From Squalus acanthias (lineage: Eukaryota): a stretch of 64,000 nt of DNA. Below, one piece after another: positions 1-11,333 of the stretch (positions are counted from its first letter, which is position 1; the number at the start of each line of letters is the position of its first letter). The notes beneath the pieces are model-generated. The model made no database searches. It saw only the letters and a program-made list of their open reading frames with translations, and was not told the origin of the DNA. Position numbers and translations under genes: made by a program. Location of the stretch: the NCBI GenBank assembly GCA_030390025.1, contig CM059431.1, positions 94,366,001 through 94,430,000 on the forward strand, in the 5' to 3' direction.

Positions 1-113
1 GTGAGTGTTGAGTCTGAAATCCATCTGCTGTGTGACCTCCTTGGAATACCCTCTGGCCACTTTGTCTGAGCGCACACAACCTCCATTCCTCGACTGAGAT
101 ATATACCAGCGGT

Positions 114-1373
114 ATGGGAACCATTTATATCCTCTCATCCTGGTCGTCAGATTTGGAGGAAGAGCAGCCGCGGCAGCAGCGCAACCAAGCACAGCAGCAG
201 CACCAACAACAGGAGCGCCAACCTTCTCCTCAGCCTCCTGATGATGCACAGGGCAGAGGGTGTCAGCGCAGGGCTGCACCTCGCCGCAGGAGAAACCCCC
301 AACACCGGCTTTACAGGCAGAGGATCAGCTTCCTCAACATGAGTGAGCAGTAGTGCCAAAGGAGTCTGAGACTTTCGCAAGAGGTAGTCACTGACATCTG
401 CACAATGCTGCACCAACACCTGGAGCCCAGAGGAGCGGGTGGACACTCCTTCCCAGTGGCTGTCAAAGTCACCACCACACTCAACTTCTTTGCTTCGGGC
501 TCCTTCCAAGGATCATCTGCAGACATCAGCGGCATCTCCCAGTCGGCCGCACACGTCTGTATCACGCAGGCTACCGATGCCCTCTTTGCAAAGGTGCACA
601 ATTACATCCACTTCTCTATGGATGAAGCAAGTGTAACTTCGCGTGTGGTTGGCTTTGCTAATAAGGCAGGCTTCTCAAGGGTGCAGGGCATCGTAGACTG
701 CACACATGTGGCCATTAGGGCACCCCATCACAATTCAGCTGTATTTGTCAACCGCAAGGGCTTCCACTCCCTTAACATCCAGCTGGTGTGTAACCACAGG
801 AAGATCATCATGCATGTTTGCGCAAAGTACCCTGGCAGTTGCCATGACTCCTTCATCCTGCGGCAGTCTACTGTGCCTCAGCTCTTCAATCCGCCAACCC
901 AACTTTCAGGATGGCTACTTGGCGACAAGGGCTATCCCCTGAAAAAGTGGCTCATGACACCGATGAGGAGGCCATCAAACGAGGCTGAGGAGCGGTACAA
1001 TGTGAGCCACATTTCCACAAGAAGCATCATAGAGCAAAACATCGGCTTTCTCAAAATGCGCTTCTGATGCCTCAACAGATCTGGTGGAGCCTTGCAGTAT
1101 GCACCAGCCACAGTGTCCAGAGTCATCATCGTCTGCTGTGCCCTGCACAACATCGCACAGCAGCGTGGCTTAGCGCTCCCTGAGGAACAAGTGGCTCAGT
1201 GCAGAGCATCCTCGAAAGAAGAAGGAGGAGGACGAGGAGGACGAAGAGAACGAGGACGAGGAGGAGGAGGCATGCCTTGCGGGGCCAGATGTGACCAATC
1301 CAGCAGCACTCGAGCACATTGCTGGTTGTCACGCAAGGGATGCACTCATCCAAGCCAGATTCCCTTAAGCTAA
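114..1373 (+). pseudogene. Harbinger (HARBI1-like) DDE transposase, disrupted
   Basis: ORFs 114, 405 and 1092 share one frame, split by TAG (351-353) and TGA (1065-1067). Motifs [59 protein letters not shown]. Confidence 0.93.
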
Positions 1374-1652
1374 CGCTTCAACCACAGGTGGCTGGCATAT
1401 GGCAATGAATGTGTGGATGACCTTCTTCAAACGCCATACATCATCTCTCCAATAAACGGTGCTTTCCTATCACTTTCAGCATCATCATTACAAATACAAG
1501 TCACCCTGAGCCCTCAATGTGCAACTTCCATTTCCAGAAGACATAGGCTAGAACTTCAACTGTTTGCCATCACTTTTGTTTAATAAAATCACAAAAGGTT
1601 GACAATGGCAAATATACAACAGAACAAAACACCCAAGTGACTACCTTTATGA

Positions 1653-3552
1653 CTATTTGTGTGTTAGCTTCCTCTTACGCGAGCTTCTACATGGTGCTTC
1701 CCCTGTGGCTTCAGCAGATGTAGAGGCACCTTGCTCACTTTGATGCTGCGCCTGCTTCGATGCCTTTGGCAGGCGTCCTCTGGGTTTGGGTGCCTGGGAG
1801 AGTTCCTCCACAGTCTGCTCTTCCTGCGGCTGTGCAGGGGCTGAGACGGCCATCTCAGTTGGGTGAGGACTCTGGGGCTCTGACCCAGGGCTCCGCAGTG
1901 GCATGGTCATGTGAGCACTTGGAGAGGAGCCCACACTTCCTGTTGTCTGCCACCAACATCCCTCTCATGGGTCACCCGCACTTCAGTGCTAGCAAGTGGC
2001 TGGAGAGCACTTTGCTGCACATCAGTGGGGCCATGAAGACCCGTCTCTGTACTGACAATCCTCATAACAGGGACATCCATGTACCTCTGGTGTCTCTCCT
2101 TAATAAATGCCCATCTATCCTCCATAGCAGACCATCTATTTAGAAGAGTCACCATGTTCTCGTGTGTCTGGTGACTTATGTCCTCCAAGAAGGTTGCCAC
2201 CCTCTCCATGGCGGCATGTTCATGCACCATTGCCTCCACAAAGGCAGTGCTCATGTTGGAGTTGGACTCCTCCATTCTCTCCACACCCGCAGTTACCCTG
2301 GAGGCAAACCCTGTCAGAGACTCCTGCACTTGTTCCTGGAGTTCCAGCACCGCTCTCTTTCAGGATGGCCCCAGAGGCACAGCGTCTACATGCAGCTGAG
2401 CAGAGCTAGGAGCGTCCAGCTCCCTCCGCCGAGGACTCTCCACTGCTGTCGCTGTCTCCACCGCTGCTGATGCTCACTTGTGAGCTGTGATACACCAGGT
2501 GACAACACTACTCTATGTTGCGAAGGCCCCGCCGAGGTGTGCGTATCTGCGCTGGTGCTGGGTGCGCTGAGTCCTGGTGACGCTGCTCCCTCAGAGGCTG
2601 CAGGTTCTTCTAAGAAGTCGTCCGGCTCTTCCTCCTGAACAGTGGGGAGGGGGGCTCTTGATGGTCCTGTGGGAGAGTAAAGGCATCAGTTAGACATCTG
2701 ATTTTTAGATAGCAGACACATCCTATTGTGCAGATGATACAAAGTGAATCCCTATGAACATCATATACCAATCATGAAATCTAAATGTGAGGGATGAAAC
2801 TCTATTCTGTCACCAGCTTCATCTAGTGCGCCCGTCTCTCCGTCCCCCACTTCCAGCCCCTCACCGCCTCCCACGATCTCATGCGCAGCTTCCTCAGCAC
2901 TTGTCAATGTCGCCAACGTTGGAGCCCCTCTTCCTGTCTTTGCTCTCTCGCTCCTATTGTGGGCTATCGTTTCCTGCAAGGAGGGACACAAGTGGAGTTT
3001 CAGCGAGATTGATGGAGTGACTGAAGAATTCATAACAGAAGCTTAGAGGGAGACCAAGATGGAGTGAGGTGCCAAGAGGAAGGTGCCACCCTGTGCGTTG
3101 TTAGTTGATGTCATTGCATAACAGTGAGAGCGAGTGTGAGGGGTGCATAATAGGATGGTGAAGTGATTCAATACAGAGAGAGAGATGGACAGGTAATGGT
3201 GCAAGGGAAGTAAGAGTAAGGTGTGATGTGGAGGAGTAGGCTTACAAAGCAGAGTGCTGGTGATGAGGAGAAGGGAAGCAGATAAGTGTGATGTGAAACT
3301 CACTTTTGCTGATCGCAGAAGATCATTGAACCGTTTCCGGCACTGGATCCAGGTGCGTGAACAAACGGACCTTGCGCTGACCTCCTCAGCAATATGCAGC
3401 CAGGCTGCCTTTGTTTGCTGAGGAGGCTTCCTCTGGCCATCGGGAGGGAACAGAATCTGCACCCTCTCAAGGCGCCCTCTTACTCCCTCCACAAGAGCTT
3501 GGAGGGAGTGCTCATTGAAACGTGGAGCAGCCTTCGGTTTTGCACCACTCAT
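1653..3552 (-). pseudogene. Harbinger Myb/SANT-like DNA-binding protein; exons 3552-3304, 2973-2814, 2666-~1653 (frameshifted)
   Basis: MSGAKPKAAPRF...W..IAEEV...RTWIQCRKRFNDL; GT/AG introns (phase 0, then phase 1); basic C-terminus RSSRKRK. Confidence 0.88.
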
Positions 3553-3809
3553 TGTGGCCTTGGCACATTCAGAGACCAGCAGAAATGAGAAATGAAAGGC
3601 TGAGGCTGCATGAGCCCCTTAAAAACAACTGCAGCAATGACATCATCAGAGGCGACTAACAGACCCGATCGCAGTCATTGGACCAGCCAGTGCGCACCAC
3701 GGCACTTAATAGGCCAATTAAATTAAAATGTCAATTCGGGAGCGGCTGAAACCGGCAGCGGGCCCAGAACCGACCCACCAGGCAACCCGACTCCAACCCG
3801 CCTCCTCCA

Positions 3810-4155
3810 TTAGATTCGCAGCCTGAGTGTCTCCGCTTCCACCACTTCCGTCGGCAGCAAATTCCAGGTCATCACCACTCGCTGCGTAAAAAAGTTTTTC
3901 CTCACATACCCCCTGTATCTCTTGCCCAAAACCTTAAATCTGTGTCCCCTTGTCCTTGTACCATCAACTAGTGGGAACAGCCTTCCCCCGTCTAGCCTAT
4001 CCAAACCCATCATAATCTTGTACACCTCTATCAAATCACCCCTCAACCTCCTTTGCTCTAATGAAAACAAATCCAGCTTCTCCAACCTGTCCTTGTAGCT
4101 AAGATCCCCCATCCCCGGAACCATTCTGGTAAATCTCCTCTGCACCCTCTCAAGG
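3810..4155 (-). mobile_element. CR1 LINE fragment (C-terminal ORF2)
   Basis: QRRFTRMVPG...LEQRRLRGDLIEVYKIM...TRGH...FFTQRVV. Confidence 0.92.
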
Positions 4156-4278
4156 GTATGTTACTTTTTGTTACAAAGGGATTAGAGTATAAGAGAAGTC
4201 TTACTACAATTATACAGGGAATTGGTGAGGCCACACCTGGAGTACTGTGTACAGTTCTGGTCTCCTTACCTAAGGAAA

Positions 4279-4620
4279 AAAATGAGAAGTCGCACAACAC
4301 CAGGTTATAGTCCAACAGATTTATTTAATTTTACAAGCTTTCGGAGCTATCGCTCCTTCGTCAGGTAAGTTCGCAATGAGAGAATCTCCCAGAATTCACA
4401 ATTTAAACCCAGACAAAATCTATTCACATTATTCGCTACAACAAAGAGCACAGCCAAGACAATGAGATGTGTCCCAGGGGGTCCAGCGTGTCAAACCACC
4501 TGCTGGCTGCATATCCTGTCAATTTGTGTTCTTGTGTTTTTAAAAAAAAAAAAACACCTGGGAAGACCGGCCATGATGTCAAGTCACGTTCTGTATCGTG
4601 ACATGAACCCGATATCGCGA
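4279..4620 (-). mobile_element. Short non-coding Penelope-like retroelement with hammerhead motif
   Basis: 13-bp TSD TTACCTAAGGAAA (4266-4278 and 4621-4633); first ~220 bp are very similar to 52399-52623; contains a hammerhead core. Confidence 0.85.
4331..4368 (-). ncRNA. Minimal type I hammerhead ribozyme motif
   Basis: Minus strand reads UUAC-CUGACGA-A-GGAGC-GAUA-GCUCC-GAAA-GC-UU-GUAA: conserved core, 5-bp stem II, 4-bp stem I, palindromic AAGCUU in place of stem III. Confidence 0.8.
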
Positions 4621-5276
4621 TTACCTAAGGAAAGACATACTTGCCTTAGAGGGAGTGCAGCAAAGGGTCACTAGACTGGTTCCTGGGATGAGGGGATTGC
4701 CCTATGAGGAGAGATTGAGTAGACTAGGTCTATATTCCTTAGAGTTTAGAAGAATGAGAGGTGATCTAATTGAAACATATAAAATTCTTAAGGGGCTTGA
4801 CAGGGTTAATGCTGGGAAAATGTTTCCCCTGGCTGGGGAATCTAGAACACGGGGTCACAGTCACAGAATAAGGGGTTGGCCATTTAGGACTGAGATGAGG
4901 AGAAATTTCTTCACTCAGAGGTTGGTGAATCTTTGGAATTCTCTACCCCAGAGAGCTGTGGATGCTCAGTCATTGAGTATATTCAAGACAGAGATCGATA
5001 GATTTTTGGGAACGAAGGGAATTAAGGGATATGGGGATAGTGCGGGAAGGGGGAGTTGAGGTAGAAGATCAGCCATGATCTTGATGAATGGCGGAGCAGG
5101 CTCAAAGGGCCAAATGGCCTACTCCAGCTCTTATTTCTTATGTTCTTATGTTCACTTCCTCCCCAGCCATGAGCCGCTCACAACAACTCCTCTCCCACCT
5201 CCCCCCTCGATTTACCTAGCGTCCTGCTGCCTTCTCTTGATACGAGCAGGCACTGAACTGGGCCGTCCAATCTTAT

Positions 5277-5430
5277 GGGCCGGAATTTTCTGTACCTGGA
5301 CGGTCACTGTCGCGGGTCGCGACTCCATTCTTCATTCCATCCCGCAGCTGAGAATGACTTTCCGTTAATGGGGCCTATTAAGGCCGCCCTGCGCGTTACC
5401 TGGCCCTGTTAAATGGTGCGGGTAATGGGA
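5277..5430 (+). mobile_element. Truncated Harbinger terminal fragment (similar to the H4 left end)
   Basis: Starts GGGCCGGAATTTTC; 5370-5425 resembles 29829-29883. Confidence 0.55.
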
Positions 5431-5726
5431 ATCACATTGGAGGATCACTAGTTTAAAAGGACATAACAAAGAAAATGGCAATTTTAAAATAATATCACAG
5501 AAGTATTTTGCTTGTCTCAAGATAGGTAGGAGATACCCTTTACTCTTAGAAATCCACTGAATGCGAGGGCATCCTTCTTTATTTCCAAGTGATCTAACTT
5601 CTTGGAATATGCTTCTTGCTGAGGCATTGACAGTGTCAAAGAGCCTCCAGGAGCAATGATTTTCCTGGTGTATGAATTAGCCACTCTGTCAATTATTAGG
5701 TTGAATTGAAGATAGTAGCCTTACAC

Positions 5727-5746
5727 TGCATTCTGGGAGTTGTAGT
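5727..5746 (-). promoter_or_regulatory. ZNF143/THAP11-type (ACTACA..TCCCA) promoter motif
   Basis: Minus strand ACTACAACTCCCAGAATGCA matches ACTAYRnnnCCCR plus the SBS half; ~360 bp upstream of the putative ATG at 6104. Confidence 0.45.
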
Positions 5747-6103
5747 GCCCCTGTGCGACATGCACAGTAACACTGGTGTATTCTTGGAACTGCAGTATTC
5801 AACGTGGTTGAGCTTCTTCAGTCGTGTAGGCCCTAGGTACACAATGCAAGGTCTGGGAATGCAGCAGATCTTAAGTGCACAATAGATCTAGGAAAGTGAG
5901 CATCAGTTCAAGCTATTTTTGATAACTGGATTAATCTATAGTTCTGTGGCTGGATTCAAACCCGTAAGTTTTGTAAGATAGAAAGGCCACTACAGATGTC
6001 TTCTTTTCCCACAACCACCAAGAATGAGGATCATCATTCTATCCGTGTAAATGGGCATAATGTAGGTCATCTGACTCGGAGGAATCCAGGATGCAATCTG
6101 GGA

Positions 6104-6152
6104 ATGAATTCTAGGAAATGCCTACTGTACCTTTGTGTTATTAGTGTTCTTG
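6104..6152 (+). CDS. Putative leader exon (signal peptide) of the CD200R-like Ig receptor
   Basis: MNSRKCLLYLCVISVL + G|gtatga; phase-1 donor compatible with the IgV exon; basic N-region then hydrophobic core. Confidence 0.55.
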
Positions 6153-6714
6153 GTATGAGTTTGTCCACACCTGGAAAGCAGCTTCTGGTTCCAAGCCAGG
6201 GCGTGCAAAACTGAAAAAATAATTGTTGGAAGAAAAAGCTATTTCTCCAAATATTCAAAAATTACTTTGGTAGTATTTGTTCCTGGGCATTAATAAAATT
6301 TTGAAGATGGGAATCTCCAGCAGAGAGCAGTTTCAGTCCTGATACTTTTTGTCTACAAGGGCCAATGTCAAGGGGGAAGGCACTTCCACTTTCCATGACA
6401 AAATTGGCATTTCTACATATGCTCTTTTATTATTTATATTTTTAATACACATACGCCGCTCTCACTCCCTTTCCCTTTTTTGCAGTTAATCATAGGAGCC
6501 AAATGGGTGTCATTAAAACAACACATATCTGGTTTCATTGAGGCCAGGACAACATACGGACAGAAAATCCTGCATGGTCCGCAGACCTCAATGTGTGCTC
6601 CCAGTAAGAGACGCTCCCCATCAGCAGGGAAAATGCAGCGTTACCATTCTGTTGCCCTCCCTGCTCCTCTTTGTTTTGCTCAGTCCTGTAAAAGGGGTCT
6701 CCTCCTGACCATGG

Positions 6715-6835
6715 AAATTTTGAAGAAAGGCCTCACCTGAAATGTTAACCTGCTATTTCTATTTTAAACAGTTGTGTATTTCCAGCATTTTCTATTTTTT
6801 AAATTTCAGATTCTAGCATTTACAATTTTTCTTTT
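6715..6835 (+). mobile_element. Degenerate Penelope-like terminal repeat (family of 59008-59145)
   Basis: TTGAAGAAAGGCCTCACCTGAAATGTTAAC...TATTTCCAGCATTTTCT resembles the 59008 copy. Confidence 0.5.
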
Positions 6836-6889
6836 CATTTTAAATTTTAAGAATAGGTTGGTCCAGTCACAAATAACCTGATATTTACA

Positions 6890-7500
6890 GGGAAAAAGGC
6901 CGAAGACCTGGAACGCGGAGGTTCTGCTGATCTTAATGGCCTCATTTGCATCTAGTAGCTCCGTCGCCCGCACGGCAGAGAACAGTAGCGTCAGGAGGCT
7001 GTAGCGGAGACCCTTGGCAATGGTCCCCGGCAATTGTGGGGGGTGGGGCGCTCCGGTCAGCAATCATTTTGGGGGGTTGGAGAGGATCGGCAATAGGGAG
7101 AGGGAAGGTTGGCAATGGGGAGGGGGTGGATCGGCAATAGGGAGGGGGTAGAATCGGCAATCAGGAGCGGGGAAGGTCGGCAATCGGGAGGGATGGGGAC
7201 TGTGATCAGGAGGGCTAGGGGGATGGAGGCTGGAGATCGTGGCTGAAGGCTTCCTTGAGGAGCCTGGAGGGAGAACTGCTCCTCTTGGCCCACAAGGAGT
7301 GCTGAAAGAGTCATTTACCTTGGGGAACCTGTGCAGCACGCAAAGTTTCAAATCAGGCTTCCAATTGCACTGTAGCAGCCCAATTTAAATATGCTAATAA
7401 GCGTGTCTATGACAGGACACTCGTACGCCAGAATAATAGCGGTGTTAGGATCGGGTTACGCGGTTTTCATTTTTTAACCCCCCAACCCTCTCCTGCCCGC
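6890..7500 (+). mobile_element. Harbinger-type non-autonomous element with G-rich internal repeats (termini unclear)
   Basis: GATCGG/GGCAAT G-rich repeats; 7275-7320 is similar to 13685-13740. Confidence 0.55.
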
Positions 7501-7559
7501 ACACAAAATCTAGGCTGACACGCCAATGTAATATTGAGGGAGTACTGCACTGTCGGTGG

Positions 7560-10500
7560 CGTACGGATATGCAGATCAGGGAGGTGAACACATGGCTGAA
7601 GAAGTGGTGTGGGAAAGAGGAGTTCCTTTTCTGGGACACTGGCACCAGTATTGGGACAGGAAGGAACTGGACCATTTTGACGGGCTCCACCTGAACCGGG
7701 CTGGGACCAGGGTCCTAGCGGAAAGGATAAATAGGGCATTCACAGGGACTTTAAACCAGTAAATGAGGGGATGGCTCAGGTGGAAAAGGTAGTATAAAAA
7801 ATAGTTCTAAAACAAACGAAAGGAAGAGAGTAGAGTAATAGTCAGAAATTGTGCTTTAGGCACTACAGGTAAAGGGAAAACTAAAAGATGTAAAGTGATT
7901 AAACCAGGAGAGAGAAATAAGAATTGTGTGAGTAAAACATCAGAGCAGGACAGGTTAGGGTGTGTGGCCCAAATGAGTGTTATTTATACGAACACACGTA
8001 TAAGTATAAGAAACAAATTGAATGAACTGCAGGTGCAAATTCAACTTGGAGGGTATGACATGGTAGCCATTACTGAGACATGGCTGTAAGAAGGTCAGGA
8101 CTGGGAACTAAATATACCAGGTTATAAGGTCTACAGGAAGGATAGGGAAAATGGCAGAGGGGGAGGAGTAGCCTTAATGATTAATGAAATCACTTCAATG
8201 ATAAGAGAGTATATAACGAGAGGTAGTGGAAACTTTATGGTTAGAATTAAGAAATAGAAAAGGATTTAAGACTATAGTAGGAGTTATGTATAAGACCCCC
8301 TGGTAGCAGCTGTGAAGTGGTAGAATGCATAATTGCAGAGATTGGACAAGCAAAGGCAGAATGGTTTTAATGGGGGATTTTAACTTTCATATAGATTGGT
8401 ATAAGCAGACTAGCTCATGTCAGAAAGCTAGTGAATGTCTTAAGTGTATTCAGCATAGTTTTCTGCAACAACATGTCCAAGAACCAACAAGGGGGCAGGT
8501 CATATTAGATTTAGTAATCAGAAATGAGCCAGATTTAGTTAATAGCCTAACGGTCCATGAACATTTATCTAATAGCAATCCTAATATGATTGAGTTCAAT
8601 GTAGTGTTTGGAAGGGAGAAACGCAAAACAGCTACTAAGATTCTAGATGCGATGTGACAGAGTCTGTCCACAGTAAACTGGACAAATTTGCTAATGGGTA
8701 AAATGACAGTAGATCAGTGGGAGGTGTTCAGAAAAGAATTTAATGTGATACAGAACCAGTTTTTACCCCTAAGGAGTAAGAGGTCTACTTGCCAAAAAAA
8801 AAACCCAGCCATGGACGACTAAAAAGGTAAGGGACAACTTAAAACTAAAAGAAAAAGCATTGAAAAATGCAAAAACTAGCACAGATCCAGGCAATTGGGA
8901 GAGATACAAAGAACAACAAAAGGAGACAAAACAGATAGTAAGAGCTACAAAAAGGGAGTATGAGAAGAAACTTGCAAGGGATATCAAAATCAACACAACA
9001 TTTTTTTACAATTATATTAGGAAAAGAGGATGGTCAGGAGCAATGTCGGCCCCTTAAAAACTGATAATGGTGATATTGCAATAGAAAATAAGGAAATGGC
9101 GGACATGTTGAATAATAACTTTGCATCAGTATTTACAGTAGAGGAAGAGGATAGCATGCCAGAAATCCCAAGAAAACAAATATTAAATCAGAGATGCAGA
9201 TTCACCAAAATTAAAACATAAGCAAAATAACAGTAATGAAGAAAATAATGGCACTAACAAGTGACACATCCCCAGGACCAGATGGTTTCCATCCCAGGAT
9301 TTCAAAAGAAGTGAGAACATTGCAGATTCCCTAACTATAATCTTCCAAATTGTTTCGATTCAGGAACTGTTCCTTTAGATTGCAAAACTGTGCATGTCAC
9401 TCCAATATTTAAGAAAGGTGAGATAGGGAAACCAGGGAATTATAGACCAGTTAGCCTAACATCTGTTATCGGGAAATTACTAGAGTCTATAATTAAGGAT
9501 AGAGTGACTGAACATCTTGAACATTTTCAGCTGATCAGAGAGAGCCACCATGGATTAGAAAAGGGGGGTCATGCCTGACGAACCTGTTGAATTTTTTGAA
9601 GAGGTGACTAAAGTAGTAGACAGGGGAATGTCTATGAATGTTATTTATATGGACTTCCAGAAGGCATTTGATAAAGTCCCTTGTAAGTGACTGTTAGCTA
9701 AAGTTGAAGCTCATGGAATTGAAGGTAAATTATTGACCTGGTTAGGAAATTGGCTGAACGGCAGGAGACAGAGAGTAAGGATAATGGGCAGGTACTCTAA
9801 TTGGCAGGATGTGACTAGTGGAGTCCCACAAGGATCCCTGTTGGGACCTCAACTATATACCGTATTCATTAATGACTGAGATGATGGGATAGAAAGCCAC
9901 GAATCCAAATTTGCCAATGACAAAAAGATAGGCGGCATTATAAGTGGTGTAGAAGCAGAAAATGAAAAAGAAATATTAATAGATTAAGCAAATAGGCAAA
10001 ACTGTGGCAAATGGATTTCAATGTAGGCAAATATGAGGTCATCCACTTTGGACCTAAGAACAGGGTACTTTCTAAAATGTGAAAAGCTAGAAACAGTGGA
10101 TATCCAAAGAGACTTGGGGGTCCAGGTACATAGATCATTAAAATGTCATGAACAGGTACAGAAAATAATCAAAAAGGCTAATGGAATGCTGGCCTTTATA
10201 TTTAGAGGACTAGAATACAAGGGGGTAGAAGTTATGCTGCAGCTGTACAAAACCCTGGTTAGACCACACCTGGAGTATTGTGAGCAGTTCTGGGCACCAC
10301 ACCTTAAGAAGGATATATTGGCCTTGGAGGGAGTACAGCGTAGATTTACCAGATTGAAACCTGGACTCCAAAAGTTAAATTATGAGGAGAGATTACACAA
10401 ACTAGAGTTCTATTCCCTGGTATTTAGAAGTTAAGGGGTGATTTGATCGAAGTTTTCAAGATATTAAGGGGAGCAGATAGGGTAGATAGAGAGGAGCTAT

Positions 10501-10823
10501 TACTGCTGGTTGGGGAATCTAGGTCGAGGGGGCGTAAGCTAAAATTTAGAGCCAGGCCTTTCAGGAATTAAGTTAGGAAACACGTCTCCGCGCAAAGGGT
10601 GGTGGAAGTTTGGAACACTCTTCCGCAAATGGCAATTGATGCTAGGTCAATTGTTAATTTTATACCTGAGATTTTTTTATACCTGAGATAGATTTTTGTT
10701 AAGGTATTAAGGGATATGGGGCAAAGGCGGGGACATGGAGTTAGGTCACAGATCAGCCATGATCTCATTGAATAGCAGAACAGGCTCAAGGGGATCAATG
10801 GCCTACTCCTGTCCTATGTCCTA
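7560..10823 (+). mobile_element. CR1 LINE (end of ORF1 SGNH esterase, plus degenerate ORF2 APE endonuclease and RT), inserted in a Deu-SINE
   Basis: FLGHW...[48 protein letters not shown] halves at 7501-7559 and 10824-11140. Confidence 0.93.
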
Positions 10824-11140
10824 GGTGCCGTCTTTTGGATGAGATGTTAAATCGAGGTCCCGTCTGCCCCCTCAGGTGGATTTAAAAGATCCCATGGCAC
10901 TATTCAAAGAAGAGGAGAGGTGTTCTCTCTGTGTCCTGGACAATATTTATCCCTCAACCAACATCAATAAAAAACAGATTATCTGGTCATTATCTCATTG
11001 TCGTTTGTGAGTCCTTACTTTGCGCAAATTGACTGTCGCATTTCCTACATTACAACAGTGACTATACTTCATTGGCTGTAAAGTGCTTTGGGATGTCCTG
11101 AGTTCATGAAAAGCATTATATAAATACAAGTCTTTCTTTT
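10824..11140 (+). mobile_element. Deu-domain SINE (SacSINE1/AmnSINE1-like), 3' part
   Basis: GCCGTCTTTTGGATGAGATGTTAAATCGAGG...AAAAGATCCCATGGCACTATT; tail resembles the L2 3' end at 61122-61200. Confidence 0.8.
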
Positions 11141-11333
11141 TTCTATTGCCAAAGGATACCTACTTGCTAACTGGCAGGCATCTCAGTGCACGCAGGAGGT
11201 CAAAGGGCATCATCATTCCAGAGCCTGAGTTAACATCCCCCCAAAACTATAAAATCAACAGTGGGTTGAGGGGTGAAAAATCTGGCTACATGTGTTGTAC
11301 AAGATTCAAATATGAATCAAATTGTGAAATAAT

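Larger units (their letters stand above)
1..3810. mobile_element. PIF/Harbinger DNA transposon H1 (decayed; left end outside window, right end interrupted by CR1)
   Basis: DDE transposase on + convergent with a spliced Myb/SANT gene on -, the diagnostic two-gene Harbinger layout. Confidence 0.9.
4156..5150 (+). mobile_element. 5'-truncated CR1 LINE with 3' UTR, interrupted by an insert at 4279-4620
   Basis: ORF 4655-5059 is CR1 ORF2 C-terminus; ends in TTCTTATG repeats. Confidence 0.92.

Noticed and set aside
114..1373. Host HARBI1 gene (and NAIF1/MSANTD for the Myb ORFs)
   Set aside because: Multiple related copies, nonsense and frameshift lesions, and transposon termini indicate transposon copies.
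5996..6103. Upstream in-frame ATG as the receptor start
   Set aside because: It would put 36 polar residues before the hydrophobic core, so 6104 fits a signal peptide better. Not excluded without transcript data.
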